In this document: in pieces, positions 1 to 9,130 of the stretch
How the letters are laid out: each line of letters starts with the position of its first letter
Position numbering within the stretch: position 1 is the stretch's first letter
Assembly: GCA_030835745.1 (NCBI GenBank)
Contig: JAUROA010000027.1
Location: 1-51,906 of the forward strand
Source of the DNA: Alphaproteobacteria bacterium
Lineage (GTDB): Bacteria > Pseudomonadota > Alphaproteobacteria > Rickettsiales > UBA1997
DNA length: 51,906 nucleotides
Direction of reading: 5' to 3'
Made by a program: the position numbers and the translations under genes
The notes under the pieces: generated by a model
Told to the model about the DNA's origin: nothing
The model's database searches: none
Seen by the model: only the letters and a program-made list of their open reading frames with translations

Positions 1-1
1 C

Positions 2-761
2 GGCATTGTTAATTAAATATATATATAATATAAAATTATTCATTTTAACCTAAAATTCAGGAGTTATTATGAATAACTGTCCAAGATGCCAAGGCGTTAA
101 GGTGGTAAAGGCTGGTTTTGCGAAAGGCAGGCAACGCTACAAGTGTAAAGAGTGTGTTTACTACTACACAGTATTTCAAAAATCTGGATCATCTAATAAA
201 GTACAAAAGCATCAAGCCTTAGAGCTTTATTTGGAGGGTTTAGGATTTAGGTCAATAGCCAGATTTCTTAATTTTAGCCATGTAGCGATTTATAACTGGA
301 TAAGGCAATATGGTAAGGATCTTGATTTATTACAAAATAAGCATGATATATGTGTTACTGAGATTGATGAGATGCATAGCTATGTTGGCTCAAAAAAAAT
401 GCAATCTGGATCTGGATTGCTATTGATAGATATGCAAAAGAATTCGTCAAATTCGTTGTTGGCGATAGATCAAAAGAAACTGGGAAAGAACTTTGGCAAG
501 GAATAAAGGACAGAGCTAAAGGTTTTATTATGACTGATTATTGGAAACCTTATAAAAGTTTTGTTCCCAAAAATAAACATATTAAATCAAAGGCCCAAAC
601 TTATACAGTTGAAGGCTATAACAGCTTATTCAGACATTTCTTAGCTAGATTTAGAAGAAAATCTAAATGTTACAGTAAATCACAGAAAATGCTTGAATAT
701 TCTGTCAAATTACTAATTATGAAACGAAATGGATTATTAGATATACTTAGTTAACAATGCC
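2..761 (+). mobile_element. IS1-family insertion sequence, apparently complete (760 bp)
   Basis: Terminal inverted repeats GGCATTGTTAATTAAATATAT (2-22) and the reverse complement of 741-761 (GGCATTGTTAACTAAGTATAT), 19/21 identical, enclosing InsA/InsB-like ORFs. Left target duplication lies outside the window. Confidence 0.9.
69..754 (+). CDS. IS1-family transposase (InsA-InsB' fusion via -1 frameshift)
   Basis: ORF 69-506 has a CPRC..CKEC zinc ribbon, an HTH and DEMHSYVGSKK. At the A8 run (392-399) the -1 frame continues NAIWIWIAIDR...GDRS...MTDYW...VEGYNSLFRHFLARFRRKSKCYSKS to the stop at 754 (DDE core). SD-like AGGAG upstream. Confidence 0.88.
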
Positions 762-897
762 CATTAAGGAATAAAAGAATATATAAAAGGCATAAATTTT
801 TTAAAATAATATATCTTAATTTACTACAAATTTAATCTTTACTAAATTAATAAAGCATGTAAATTTATTGCTTATTAATAAATAAAGGCCTTCAATA

Positions 898-3627
898 ATG
901 CTACGATTATTAGCAAAAAAATTATTCGGCTCAGTCAATGACAGAATAATAAAAGAATTACAAAATGATGTTGAAAAAATAAATAATCTTGAACCAAATA
1001 TCAGCTCTTTAACAGATCAGCAGCTTAAAGATAAAACAAAATATTTCAAAAATCTTCTATCTAGCAACCACGATCTAGACAATATTTTGCATGAAGCTTT
1101 TGCCGTTGTGCGCGAAGCTTCAAAAAGAGTACTTAAAATGCGACATTTTGATGTTCAGCTTATTGGCGGTATCGTTCTTCACAAAGGAAAAATTTCTGAG
1201 ATGAAAACTGGCGAAGGTAAAACATTGGTTGCAACTCTTCCATGTTATTTAAATGCTCTCACTGGCAATGGTGTGCATGTTGTAACTGTTAATGACTATC
1301 TTGCCCAAAGAGACTCTGAATGGATGGGTAAGATTTTTAAATTTCTTGATTTAAAAGTTGGCTGCATTACAAGCGAAACTTCAGAAATTGAAAGAAAAAA
1401 AGCTTACAATTGCGATATTACATATGCTACAAATAATGAACTCGGCTTTGATTTATTGCGTGACAATATGAAATATAGCAAAGATGATTTAGTGCAAAGA
1501 GGTCATTATTTTGCAATTATTGACGAGGTCGATTCAATATTAATTGACGAAGCCAGAACTCCACTAATAATTTCTGGACCAACTCAAGATAATTCAAAAT
1601 TATATCACACAATTAATAATATAATTCCTGAATTAGATGAAACAGATTATCAATTTGACGAAAAAGATAAAAATATCTTTTTAAGCGAAAATGGCATGGA
1701 TAAAATTGAAGAATTACTCAGAAATAAAGCTATTATTGGCCCTAAATCCTCTCTATACGACCCAAATAATATTAAAATTATCCACCATATTAACCAATCT
1801 TTAAAAGCGCATAAAACTCTTAACAATGAAACAGACTATATTGTTAAAGATGGTCAAATAGTTATCATTGATGAATTTACTGGTAGAATGCAAGAAGGTA
1901 GAAGATTTTCCGACGGTCTTCATCAGGCTTTGGAAGCCAAAGAAGGGCTTAATATTGGTAATGAAAATCAAACTCTTGCCTCTATTACTTATCAAAATTA
2001 TTTTAGATTATATAAAAAACTTGCAGGCATGACAGGTACAGCAATGACTGAAAGTCTTGAGTTTGAAGAAATATACAAGCTCAGTGTAGTTGAAATTCCT
2101 ACTAATAATATAATCAATAGAATAGATGAAGATGATGAAATCTATAAAACAATTAATGCAAAATTTAACGCCATAGTAAATTCAATAAAAGAAGCCCATG
2201 AAAAATCTCAACCGATATTAGTTGGAACTGTTAGTATTGAAAAATCAGAATATATTTCAAAATTACTTAAAAAAGAAAAATTACCTCATAAAGTGCTTAA
2301 TGCTAAATATCATGAACAAGAAGCTGAAATAATAGAGCAAGCCGGTATACCTAAAGCTATTACCATTGCAACCAATATGGCAGGCAGAGGAACAGATATA
2401 ATGCTTGGTGGCAATGCTCAATCATTAATCAATAAATTAAAAAACCCTTCTTCAGATCAAATTGATGAAATAAATAAAGCTGTTGAATTAAACAAGCAAA
2501 AAGTTATTAACTCAGGTGGATTATATGTTCTTGGAACTGAGCGTCACGAAAGTAGAAGAATTGATAATCAGCTTAGAGGAAGATCTGGTAGGCAAGGCGA
2601 TATTGGTAAAACAAAATTCTTCTTATCACTCGAAGATGATTTAATGAGAATATTTGGCTCAGAAAAACTTCAAGGAATTTTATCAACTCTTGGTCTTAAA
2701 GAAGATGAAGCAATTCATCATCCATGGATAACCAGAACCTTAGAAGGTGCTCAAAAGAAAATTGAAGGACGCAATTATGAAATTAGAAAAAACCTTCTTA
2801 AATTTGACGATGTAATTAATCAACAGCGTAAAAATATTTTTAAATTACGCAATGAAATAATGGATAATGATGATATTTCTAAAAAAATAAGAAATTATTC
2901 AAATCAAATAATAGAAGATATTGTTGATGACTGTATTGCTAAGAATTCGTTTGTTGATCAGTGGGAGCTAGACTTGCTTCAAAAAGAAGTTCTTAGAATT
3001 TATGGTTTAAAATTAGATCTTATCTCCTTATCGCAACAAGAAAATATTGATGAAAGTCAGATTAAGCAACATATTAAAGATCATGCCAATAAATTATTAA
3101 ATGATAAAGATAAATTATATTCATCTGATTTGATGCGCTATATAGAAAAACAGTTATTTTTAGCTACAATTGATTCATCTTGGAAATATCACTTACTATC
3201 TCTTGATAAGCTAAAATATGGCATCAACCTTAGAGCCTATGCCCAAAAAGACCCATTGATAGAATATAAAAAAGAAGCCTTTGGGTTGTTTGAAGATATG
3301 ATGCTTAAGATTGAAGAGCAAATTGTGATGCATATTGCTCAAATCAAAATTACTGATGATAGTGAAAAAATAAATATTTTAAGTAGTAGCTCGAATAATA
3401 ATTTTGAAGAATCTAGAGCTGATCCAATAGAATTTTCTATTGGAATTGAAGGAAATAAAAACAAAGATAAAAATAGAGATAAAAATTTAAACCAGCCAAG
3501 AAAATTAAATATAGACCCTCAAGACCGAGATCCCAATAACCCTGCAACTTGGGGCAATGTTGGAAGAAACCAATTATGTCCATGTGGTAGTAAAAAAAAA
3601 TACAAACAATGTCATGGTAAAATATGA
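898..3627 (+). CDS. secA: Preprotein translocase ATPase SecA
   Basis: MKTGEGKT, DEVDSILIDEARTPLIISG, TNMAGRGTDI, QLRGRSGRQGD and a C-terminal CPCGSKKKYKQCH zinc motif. Confidence 0.99.
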   Translation: MLRLLAKKLFGSVNDRIIKELQNDVEKINNLEPNISSLTDQQLKDKTKYFKNLLSSNHDLDNILHEAFAVVREASKRVLKMRHFDVQLIGGIVLHKGKISEMKTGEGKTLVATLPCYLNALTGNGVHVVTVNDYLAQRDSEWMGKIFKFLDLKVGCITSETSEIERKKAYNCDITYATNNELGFDLLRDNMKYSKDDLVQRGHYFAIIDEVDSILIDEARTPLIISGPTQDNSKLYHTINNIIPELDETDYQFDEKDKNIFLSENGMDKIEELLRNKAIIGPKSSLYDPNNIKIIHHINQSLKAHKTLNNETDYIVKDGQIVIIDEFTGRMQEGRRFSDGLHQALEAKEGLNIGNENQTLASITYQNYFRLYKKLAGMTGTAMTESLEFEEIYKLSVVEIPTNNIINRIDEDDEIYKTINAKFNAIVNSIKEAHEKSQPILVGTVSIEKSEYISKLLKKEKLPHKVLNAKYHEQEAEIIEQAGIPKAITIATNMAGRGTDIMLGGNAQSLINKLKNPSSDQIDEINKAVELNKQKVINSGGLYVLGTERHESRRIDNQLRGRSGRQGDIGKTKFFLSLEDDLMRIFGSEKLQGILSTLGLKEDEAIHHPWITRTLEGAQKKIEGRNYEIRKNLLKFDDVINQQRKNIFKLRNEIMDNDDISKKIRNYSNQIIEDIVDDCIAKNSFVDQWELDLLQKEVLRIYGLKLDLISLSQQENIDESQIKQHIKDHANKLLNDKDKLYSSDLMRYIEKQLFLATIDSSWKYHLLSLDKLKYGINLRAYAQKDPLIEYKKEAFGLFEDMMLKIEEQIVMHIAQIKITDDSEKINILSSSSNNNFEESRADPIEFSIGIEGNKNKDKNRDKNLNQPRKLNIDPQDRDPNNPATWGNVGRNQLCPCGSKKKYKQCHGKI

Positions 3628-4595
3628 ACAAAATAACTAAAAAAGCCTTTTCACTTACAGAGATTTCTATTGTTATTCTGATTATTGGAATATTGCTAGC
3701 ATCTATAACAGAAGGGAGAAATATTCTACATAAATCAAAATTAAGATCAGCTCAAAATTTAACCGTAAAATCTCCGGTTAATAATATTTACAACCTAGCT
3801 TTTTGGTATGAAACTTCAATGGATAAAAGTTTTGTTGAATATGAAAATTATCAAGGTGCATTTATAACAAAATGGCTCGATATTAATCCTCAATCAACAA
3901 TACAATATAATGCTTATGGCGGTCAAAACTCATCAGCAACAAATTTTTATTATACAATAAATTCTGGCAATGTATCTGGTCCGCAATATATTAAAAAAGG
4001 CATTAATGATATACCAACATTAAGATTTGATAATAGCCAAAGCAAAAATTCTTACGTTGTGGTTGATCCCAAGGCAAGAAATCAAAAAGGTAAAAGCTTT
4101 ACTTTCTTCATGGTTTTGAGATATAATGGCGGAGATGGTTATTTTTTAGATAGATCATGTCTTAACTCAAATAATATTGCGGTTGAATGCGGTTCTTCTG
4201 TTACGGCGGGTAGGCCATTATTCAGCGCTTCGATTGATTCTAGCAAAAGAATTCATTTGTATTTTAGAAGTAGAACAAATCAAGGTCCGCTATCTTTTTC
4301 TATCAATAGATCGGTTAATGAAGGTGAGTCATTTATAATTACTATGCAAAGAAATTATAATCAAAATGTCACAACCTATGTTAATGGCACAAAATCATCT
4401 AATAACCCAAGTGAAAATACCGGACCTATTAACTTTGATGCTTTTAAAATTGGCGCCCATGCCCAATCGGATCAAGAGCTTAATGTAGATATTTCAGAGG
4501 TAATTTTCTTTAATGATAAAATAAAAAATATTGATCGCGAAGCAGTAGAATCATATTTAGGACAAAAATATAAAATTAGAGTAAATCATAATTAA
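3624..4595 (+). CDS. Type IV prepilin-like protein with a C-terminal LamG/concanavalin-like beta domain
   Basis: Class III signal KKA|FSLTEISIVILIIGILLASI with E+5. C-terminus TYVNG...FKIG...DISEVIFFN...VESYLGQKY is typical of LamG-like folds. Start overlaps the secA stop (ATGA). Confidence 0.8.
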   Translation: MNKITKKAFSLTEISIVILIIGILLASITEGRNILHKSKLRSAQNLTVKSPVNNIYNLAFWYETSMDKSFVEYENYQGAFITKWLDINPQSTIQYNAYGGQNSSATNFYYTINSGNVSGPQYIKKGINDIPTLRFDNSQSKNSYVVVDPKARNQKGKSFTFFMVLRYNGGDGYFLDRSCLNSNNIAVECGSSVTAGRPLFSASIDSSKRIHLYFRSRTNQGPLSFSINRSVNEGESFIITMQRNYNQNVTTYVNGTKSSNNPSENTGPINFDAFKIGAHAQSDQELNVDISEVIFFNDKIKNIDREAVESYLGQKYKIRVNHN

Positions 4596-4960
4596 TGAAC
4601 AATATTAGCACCAAAAACAAACTTTCCAACTATCATTTTGGACTTATTTCAGAATTTATAGCAATAATTATCCTAATATTTAAAGGCTATAAAATACTTC
4701 GTCATCGCTATAAAAATAAATCAGGTGAAATAGACATTATTGCTAAAAAATTTAATAAAATCATTTTTATTGAAGTTAAAGCAAGAAAAAATAAAATAAT
4801 ATCAACAGATATTATAGATTATAAGCAAATATTAAGAATTAAAAATTGTGCTGAAATATTTCTTGTAAAAAATAAATCATACCTAAATTTTGAGTTTAGA
4901 TATGATCTGATCATATTTAATAAAAATTTTATAGCCAAGCATTTCAAAAATTTCTTTTGA
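4595..4960 (+). CDS. yraN: YraN/UPF0102 family putative endonuclease
   Basis: GYKILRHRY..SGEIDIIA...IFIEVKAR...RYDLI motifs. Confidence 0.92.
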   Translation: MNNISTKNKLSNYHFGLISEFIAIIILIFKGYKILRHRYKNKSGEIDIIAKKFNKIIFIEVKARKNKIISTDIIDYKQILRIKNCAEIFLVKNKSYLNFEFRYDLIIFNKNFIAKHFKNFF

Positions 4961-5140
4961 TATATCACATCAAATATTAAATATAAAATCCTGATATTTC
5001 AAAATATAAATATATATAGCATTTTAATATATAAAATAGATTTTTTACAAAATTCTATTCAAATATTGATAATAATTTCAATATATTACCACCAATACCT
5101 CATTTTTCTTGACTCAATTATGTCAATTTATTTCCTTAAT

Positions 5141-5169
5141 TTGACACATTTATCAAAATGTTGTATAAT
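5141..5169 (+). promoter_or_regulatory. Consensus sigma70 promoter for the orphan gene at 5209
   Basis: TTGACA (5141-5146), 17-bp spacer, TATAAT (5164-5169): perfect consensus. Confidence 0.75.
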
Positions 5170-5208
5170 AGTGATATAGGTTATTTTTTTAAATTAAAAT
5201 TCATTATT

Positions 5209-7026
5209 ATGGCTAAAAAAATAAAAACTAATGAAACAAACAATACTCAATCAAGAAAAGAAGATACTGGATTAGATCCAATAATTGCTGGTACTGGAGA
5301 CGTACTTGGACAACTTTTTACTGGAAATCCTTTGACAAGATTTTTGGGGGAGCCAGAAGAACAAAAGAAGGTTGAAGAACAAGCTCTAAAATTATCTAAA
5401 GAAACTGAAAAAGCTAAAAAAAGAGCTCAAGAGGAAGAAGCTAAAAAAAGAGCTCAAAAGGAAGAAGATAGAGAGGGAGCTCTTGATGAGATAGCAGTAG
5501 CAATTATATTCGGTGGTCAAAAACAAATAAATCCTAGCTTAAAAAGGACCTATAAATCAATTCTAGACGAAAATTATAAGGATAAAAAAATAAAGAAAGA
5601 ATTATTAGATCACAATATAACAATAAATGATATTGTAAAACAGATGAGTAATATATTATATGAAGAAGGTTTATATGAAAATTTAGGTAATACGTATATA
5701 GGTGGCCTCAATAAGACAGTCAATCAAGGTACACCATCATTTAATATTGGTGAGCAACTACATAAAGATGAGATTACAAAACATAAAAGAATTATCAGTG
5801 AATTTCAAGATAATAATGAAAATATCCCTGAAATTATAAGAATAATTAGTAATAATTTCAATTTCGCGAAAAACGTTTTAAATGAAAAAAATAAAACACC
5901 ATCGGAGGCATCGGCACCATCAGTAGCTGGTAGTGAAACTTCAGAATCATCAAAATCATCTAAAAGTTTTTTTGCAAGAGCTTATGATTATTTTTCAAAA
6001 GCTTATGATTTTGTTTTTTCTAGTAATGCTAGAGGTTACAATAAAATTAGCACAGATGATTCGCAAATTGATAGTTCATCTTCTACTCAATCATCATCAA
6101 CAGATCCAGATGCATATTCTATATCTTCAAATGATTCAAAGAGATCAACATTGAAAGTCTTAAGAGATTTAATTGCATCCGCATCCAAATTTAATATTGG
6201 TAATAGTAATACTGAAAATAGCAATAAAAACGCAAGAAAAGTTGAGGAAGGTATTTCAGAAGAATTAAGACCAATAGTTGATGAAATTTCAAAAAAACTG
6301 AAAAAAACAAATGATGATGCAATTGAATCTCATCAAGCACAAGTAAAGATAAACCAAGATGCCTTAGACAAACTACAAGCAAAAAAAGTAGAAGCTGAAA
6401 AAGAAGCTGCAAAACAAGCTGCAAAAGAAGAAGAAAAGCAAAGGGATTTGGAAAATAAAAGGAAATTTGCTGAAGAAAAATTGGCTGAAAATTATAGCAA
6501 AATATTGACACGAAAAGTATTAGATAGTAATAAAATAACAAGAAATGGTAAAACTGTTATTGAATTTAAAATAACAGATAAAAAAACAAAGAAAAGTACT
6601 ACTATTGAGGTAACTGCCACAGATGCTAAAAGTGCTACAAAAGAACTTGCAAAAAAAACCTTAGAGAATGCTTATAATTTTGCAAAAGGTTACAAAAATG
6701 TTGCAACAGATTCGTATAGTGTTGCCAAATTTATGACAGCTCCTAGCCCTGATAGCGAATCAATTGGCACAACATTGAAAAATATGGCAGTATTTTTAAA
6801 TTCAGATAATAATGCACCTGGAGTAGACTTCACAGGTTGCCTTATTTCTGCAGCCCAATATTTTATGGAAGGTATGAAGGAAATGCCTGGCGCATCAGCA
6901 ACCGCAGCTCGTGTAACTTTGAGTGCAGTAAGAGGTGCTGGAAAATATGTCGCTAAATCTTTTGCAGATTCTGTAAGTGTAGCGAGAAAAACAGAAATAA
7001 GCGCCCGTATTACTAGAGGAGAATAA
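5209..7026 (+). CDS. Hypothetical charged/coiled-coil, Ser-rich orphan protein (effector-like)
   Basis: Long open frame. The track start 5158 lies inside the promoter, so ATG 5209 (MAKKIK) is preferred. K/E-rich helices, Ser-rich linkers, 27-bp tandem duplication at 5411-5464; no recognisable family. Confidence 0.75.
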   Translation: MAKKIKTNETNNTQSRKEDTGLDPIIAGTGDVLGQLFTGNPLTRFLGEPEEQKKVEEQALKLSKETEKAKKRAQEEEAKKRAQKEEDREGALDEIAVAIIFGGQKQINPSLKRTYKSILDENYKDKKIKKELLDHNITINDIVKQMSNILYEEGLYENLGNTYIGGLNKTVNQGTPSFNIGEQLHKDEITKHKRIISEFQDNNENIPEIIRIISNNFNFAKNVLNEKNKTPSEASAPSVAGSETSESSKSSKSFFARAYDYFSKAYDFVFSSNARGYNKISTDDSQIDSSSSTQSSSTDPDAYSISSNDSKRSTLKVLRDLIASASKFNIGNSNTENSNKNARKVEEGISEELRPIVDEISKKLKKTNDDAIESHQAQVKINQDALDKLQAKKVEAEKEAAKQAAKEEEKQRDLENKRKFAEEKLAENYSKILTRKVLDSNKITRNGKTVIEFKITDKKTKKSTTIEVTATDAKSATKELAKKTLENAYNFAKGYKNVATDSYSVAKFMTAPSPDSESIGTTLKNMAVFLNSDNNAPGVDFTGCLISAAQYFMEGMKEMPGASATAARVTLSAVRGAGKYVAKSFADSVSVARKTEISARITRGE

Positions 7027-7028
7027 AA

Positions 7029-7078
7029 GATAAATGGGGGTCAAAAAGATAAATGGGGATAAATGGGGTCAGACCCCA
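7029..7078. repeat. Three GATAAATGGGG copies ending in palindrome TGGGGTC-A-GACCCCA (REP-like)
   Basis: Copies at 7029-7039, 7048-7058 and 7058-7068; palindrome 7064-7078; between convergent genes. Confidence 0.85.
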
Positions 7079-7088
7079 AACTTCCTAA

Positions 7089-7472
7089 TTACTTTTTTAG
7101 CGATAATAGATTTTCGCTATTATTGTGAAGTTCGAATTTTGCCTGATTAAGCTCTTTTTTTATAAGGTTATTTTTTTCTTTTTCTTTAGTTAATTTTTTA
7201 TCGAGATTTTTAATATGTCTTTGACTAAAAAACTGATTATAATTTTTTACAATATTTCTTGGTATTGACATTAAAATTGATATTACGATTCCCAAAATAA
7301 AAAAGCTTATCATAATAACAAATATTTTAGCAGAAATAATATAAGGAATTGGCTCTAAATTTATATCGATATATTGATCATTATTAACAATAAAAACTGA
7401 TAAATATAGCAAAATAGCAAAAAAACTAAGCAGCTTTACAACTTTATAAAGTGATTTTATTATTGTGATCAT
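7089..7472 (-). CDS. LapA-domain (DUF1049-like) inner membrane protein
   Basis: Two TM segments separated by the F..NN..(I)DINL.P pattern, then a basic coiled coil. Confidence 0.65.
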   Translation of the reverse strand: MITIIKSLYKVVKLLSFFAILLYLSVFIVNNDQYIDINLEPIPYIISAKIFVIMISFFILGIVISILMSIPRNIVKNYNQFFSQRHIKNLDKKLTKEKEKNNLIKKELNQAKFELHNNSENLLSLKK

Positions 7473-7479
7473 TGTAATA

Positions 7480-8187
7480 TTATTGATATAAAATTTTATC
7501 TTCTAATCCAGCATTTTCAAAACCTTTTAATCTAAGTAAACAAGAATCGCATTTTTTGCATGATATTACCTTGTTATTCTTTATAATTGGATCATAGCAG
7601 CTATGAGTTAGTGAATAATCAACTCCTAAATTGATACCTTTTTTAATAATTTGAGATTTATCAAGATCTATCAATGGTGCATGAATTTTTATTTTTTGAT
7701 TATTTTGCGCACTATTTGCTGTTGCTAAATTTGCCATTTTAGCAAATGACTCTATAAATTCTGGCCTGCAGTCTGGATAGCCACTATAATCAATAGCATT
7801 TGCACCTATAAAAATATCATAAGCTGAAATAATCTCGCAATATGCCAATGCATATGATAAGAAAATAGTATTTCTTGCCGGAACATATGTTATTGGTATA
7901 ATTTTATTATTTATTTCTTGGACATTATTATGCTTTGGAACTTTAATATCAGATGTTAAGGCAGAATTTCCAAAAATTTGAAGATTTATATTAATAATTT
8001 TGTGCTCTTGGACCTTATAAAATTTTGCAATATTACTAGCATTTTCCAGCTCATTCTTATGTCTTTGACCATAATCAAAACTTAATAAATAGCATTCATA
8101 ATTCAAGGAATTGGCAATTGCTAATATTGTTGTTGAATCAAGTCCACCACTAAATAAAATTACCGCCCTCTTTTTTATAATACTCAT
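7480..8187 (-). CDS. queC: 7-cyano-7-deazaguanine synthase
   Basis: SGGLDS, FDYGQRH, TYVPARN, YPDCR and the SCY..C..C..C zinc site. Confidence 0.98.
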   Translation of the reverse strand: MSIIKKRAVILFSGGLDSTTILAIANSLNYECYLLSFDYGQRHKNELENASNIAKFYKVQEHKIININLQIFGNSALTSDIKVPKHNNVQEINNKIIPITYVPARNTIFLSYALAYCEIISAYDIFIGANAIDYSGYPDCRPEFIESFAKMANLATANSAQNNQKIKIHAPLIDLDKSQIIKKGINLGVDYSLTHSCYDPIIKNNKVISCKKCDSCLLRLKGFENAGLEDKILYQ

Positions 8188-8190
8188 AAA

Positions 8191-9126
8191 CTAGCTTTTT
8201 CTAACTTTTCTAGGCAATGCAAAAATAGTCGACTCTTCAATACCTTGCATATTGGTAACATTAACCTCTTCCTTGATAATGTTTTTAATTCTTGCAATAA
8301 CATCTTGAACCAATATTTCAGGAGCTGAAGCCCCTGCAGTTAAACCAATATTTTTGACATTATCCAGCCATTTTATGTTAATATCGTTAGCATTGTTTAT
8401 TAAATATGAATCAAGACCACATTCCTGGCCCAAATCTCTTAATCTATTTGAATTTGAACTATTTTGCGCTCCTATAACTATTAAAATATCAGCAATTTTA
8501 GCCAAAGATCTAACAGCGTCTTGCCTATTTTGTGTAGCGTAACAAATATCTTTAGTAGCCATACCTGGCTTTAAAGTAGGAAATCTTTGCTCTAAAATTT
8601 TAACAATTTTCAAAGTATCATCGACACTTAATGTTGTTTGCGTAACATAGGCAATTTTTTCAGGATTTTTAACTGTAATATTTTTGGCATCTTCTTCATT
8701 TGTAACCAAAATGACATCTTTTTTAACCCTGCCACTTGTACCTTCAACTTCAGGATGACCCTTATGTCCAATTAATATAATTTCAAAATCTTGCTCTTCA
8801 TATTTCTTTGCTTCTCTGTGCACTTTACTTACCAAAGGGCATGTAGCATCTATAACATCAAGATTTTTATTAATTGCGTCCTGCTCAACTTTATCAGAAA
8901 CGCCATGCGCTGAAAAAATTGTAATTGCTTCTTTAGGAATTTGAGCTACATCATCAACGAATATTGCACCCTTTTTTTCAAGAGATTCAACAACATATTT
9001 ATTGTGAACAATTTCATGGCGAACATAGATAGGTGCTCCAAACTTTTCCAATGCCTTTTCAACTGTTTCAATTGCTCTTGTAACCCCTGCGCAAAATCCT
9101 CTTGGCTTTGCCAATATAATATTCAT
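8191..9126 (-). CDS. ispH: 4-hydroxy-3-methylbut-2-enyl diphosphate reductase
   Basis: PRGFCAGV, SAHG, DATCPLV, QTTLS, ICYATQNRQ, SSNS, TAGASAPE. Confidence 0.99.
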   Translation of the reverse strand: MNIILAKPRGFCAGVTRAIETVEKALEKFGAPIYVRHEIVHNKYVVESLEKKGAIFVDDVAQIPKEAITIFSAHGVSDKVEQDAINKNLDVIDATCPLVSKVHREAKKYEEQDFEIILIGHKGHPEVEGTSGRVKKDVILVTNEEDAKNITVKNPEKIAYVTQTTLSVDDTLKIVKILEQRFPTLKPGMATKDICYATQNRQDAVRSLAKIADILIVIGAQNSSNSNRLRDLGQECGLDSYLINNANDINIKWLDNVKNIGLTAGASAPEILVQDVIARIKNIIKEEVNVTNMQGIEESTIFALPRKVRKS

Positions 9127-9130
9127 TATG

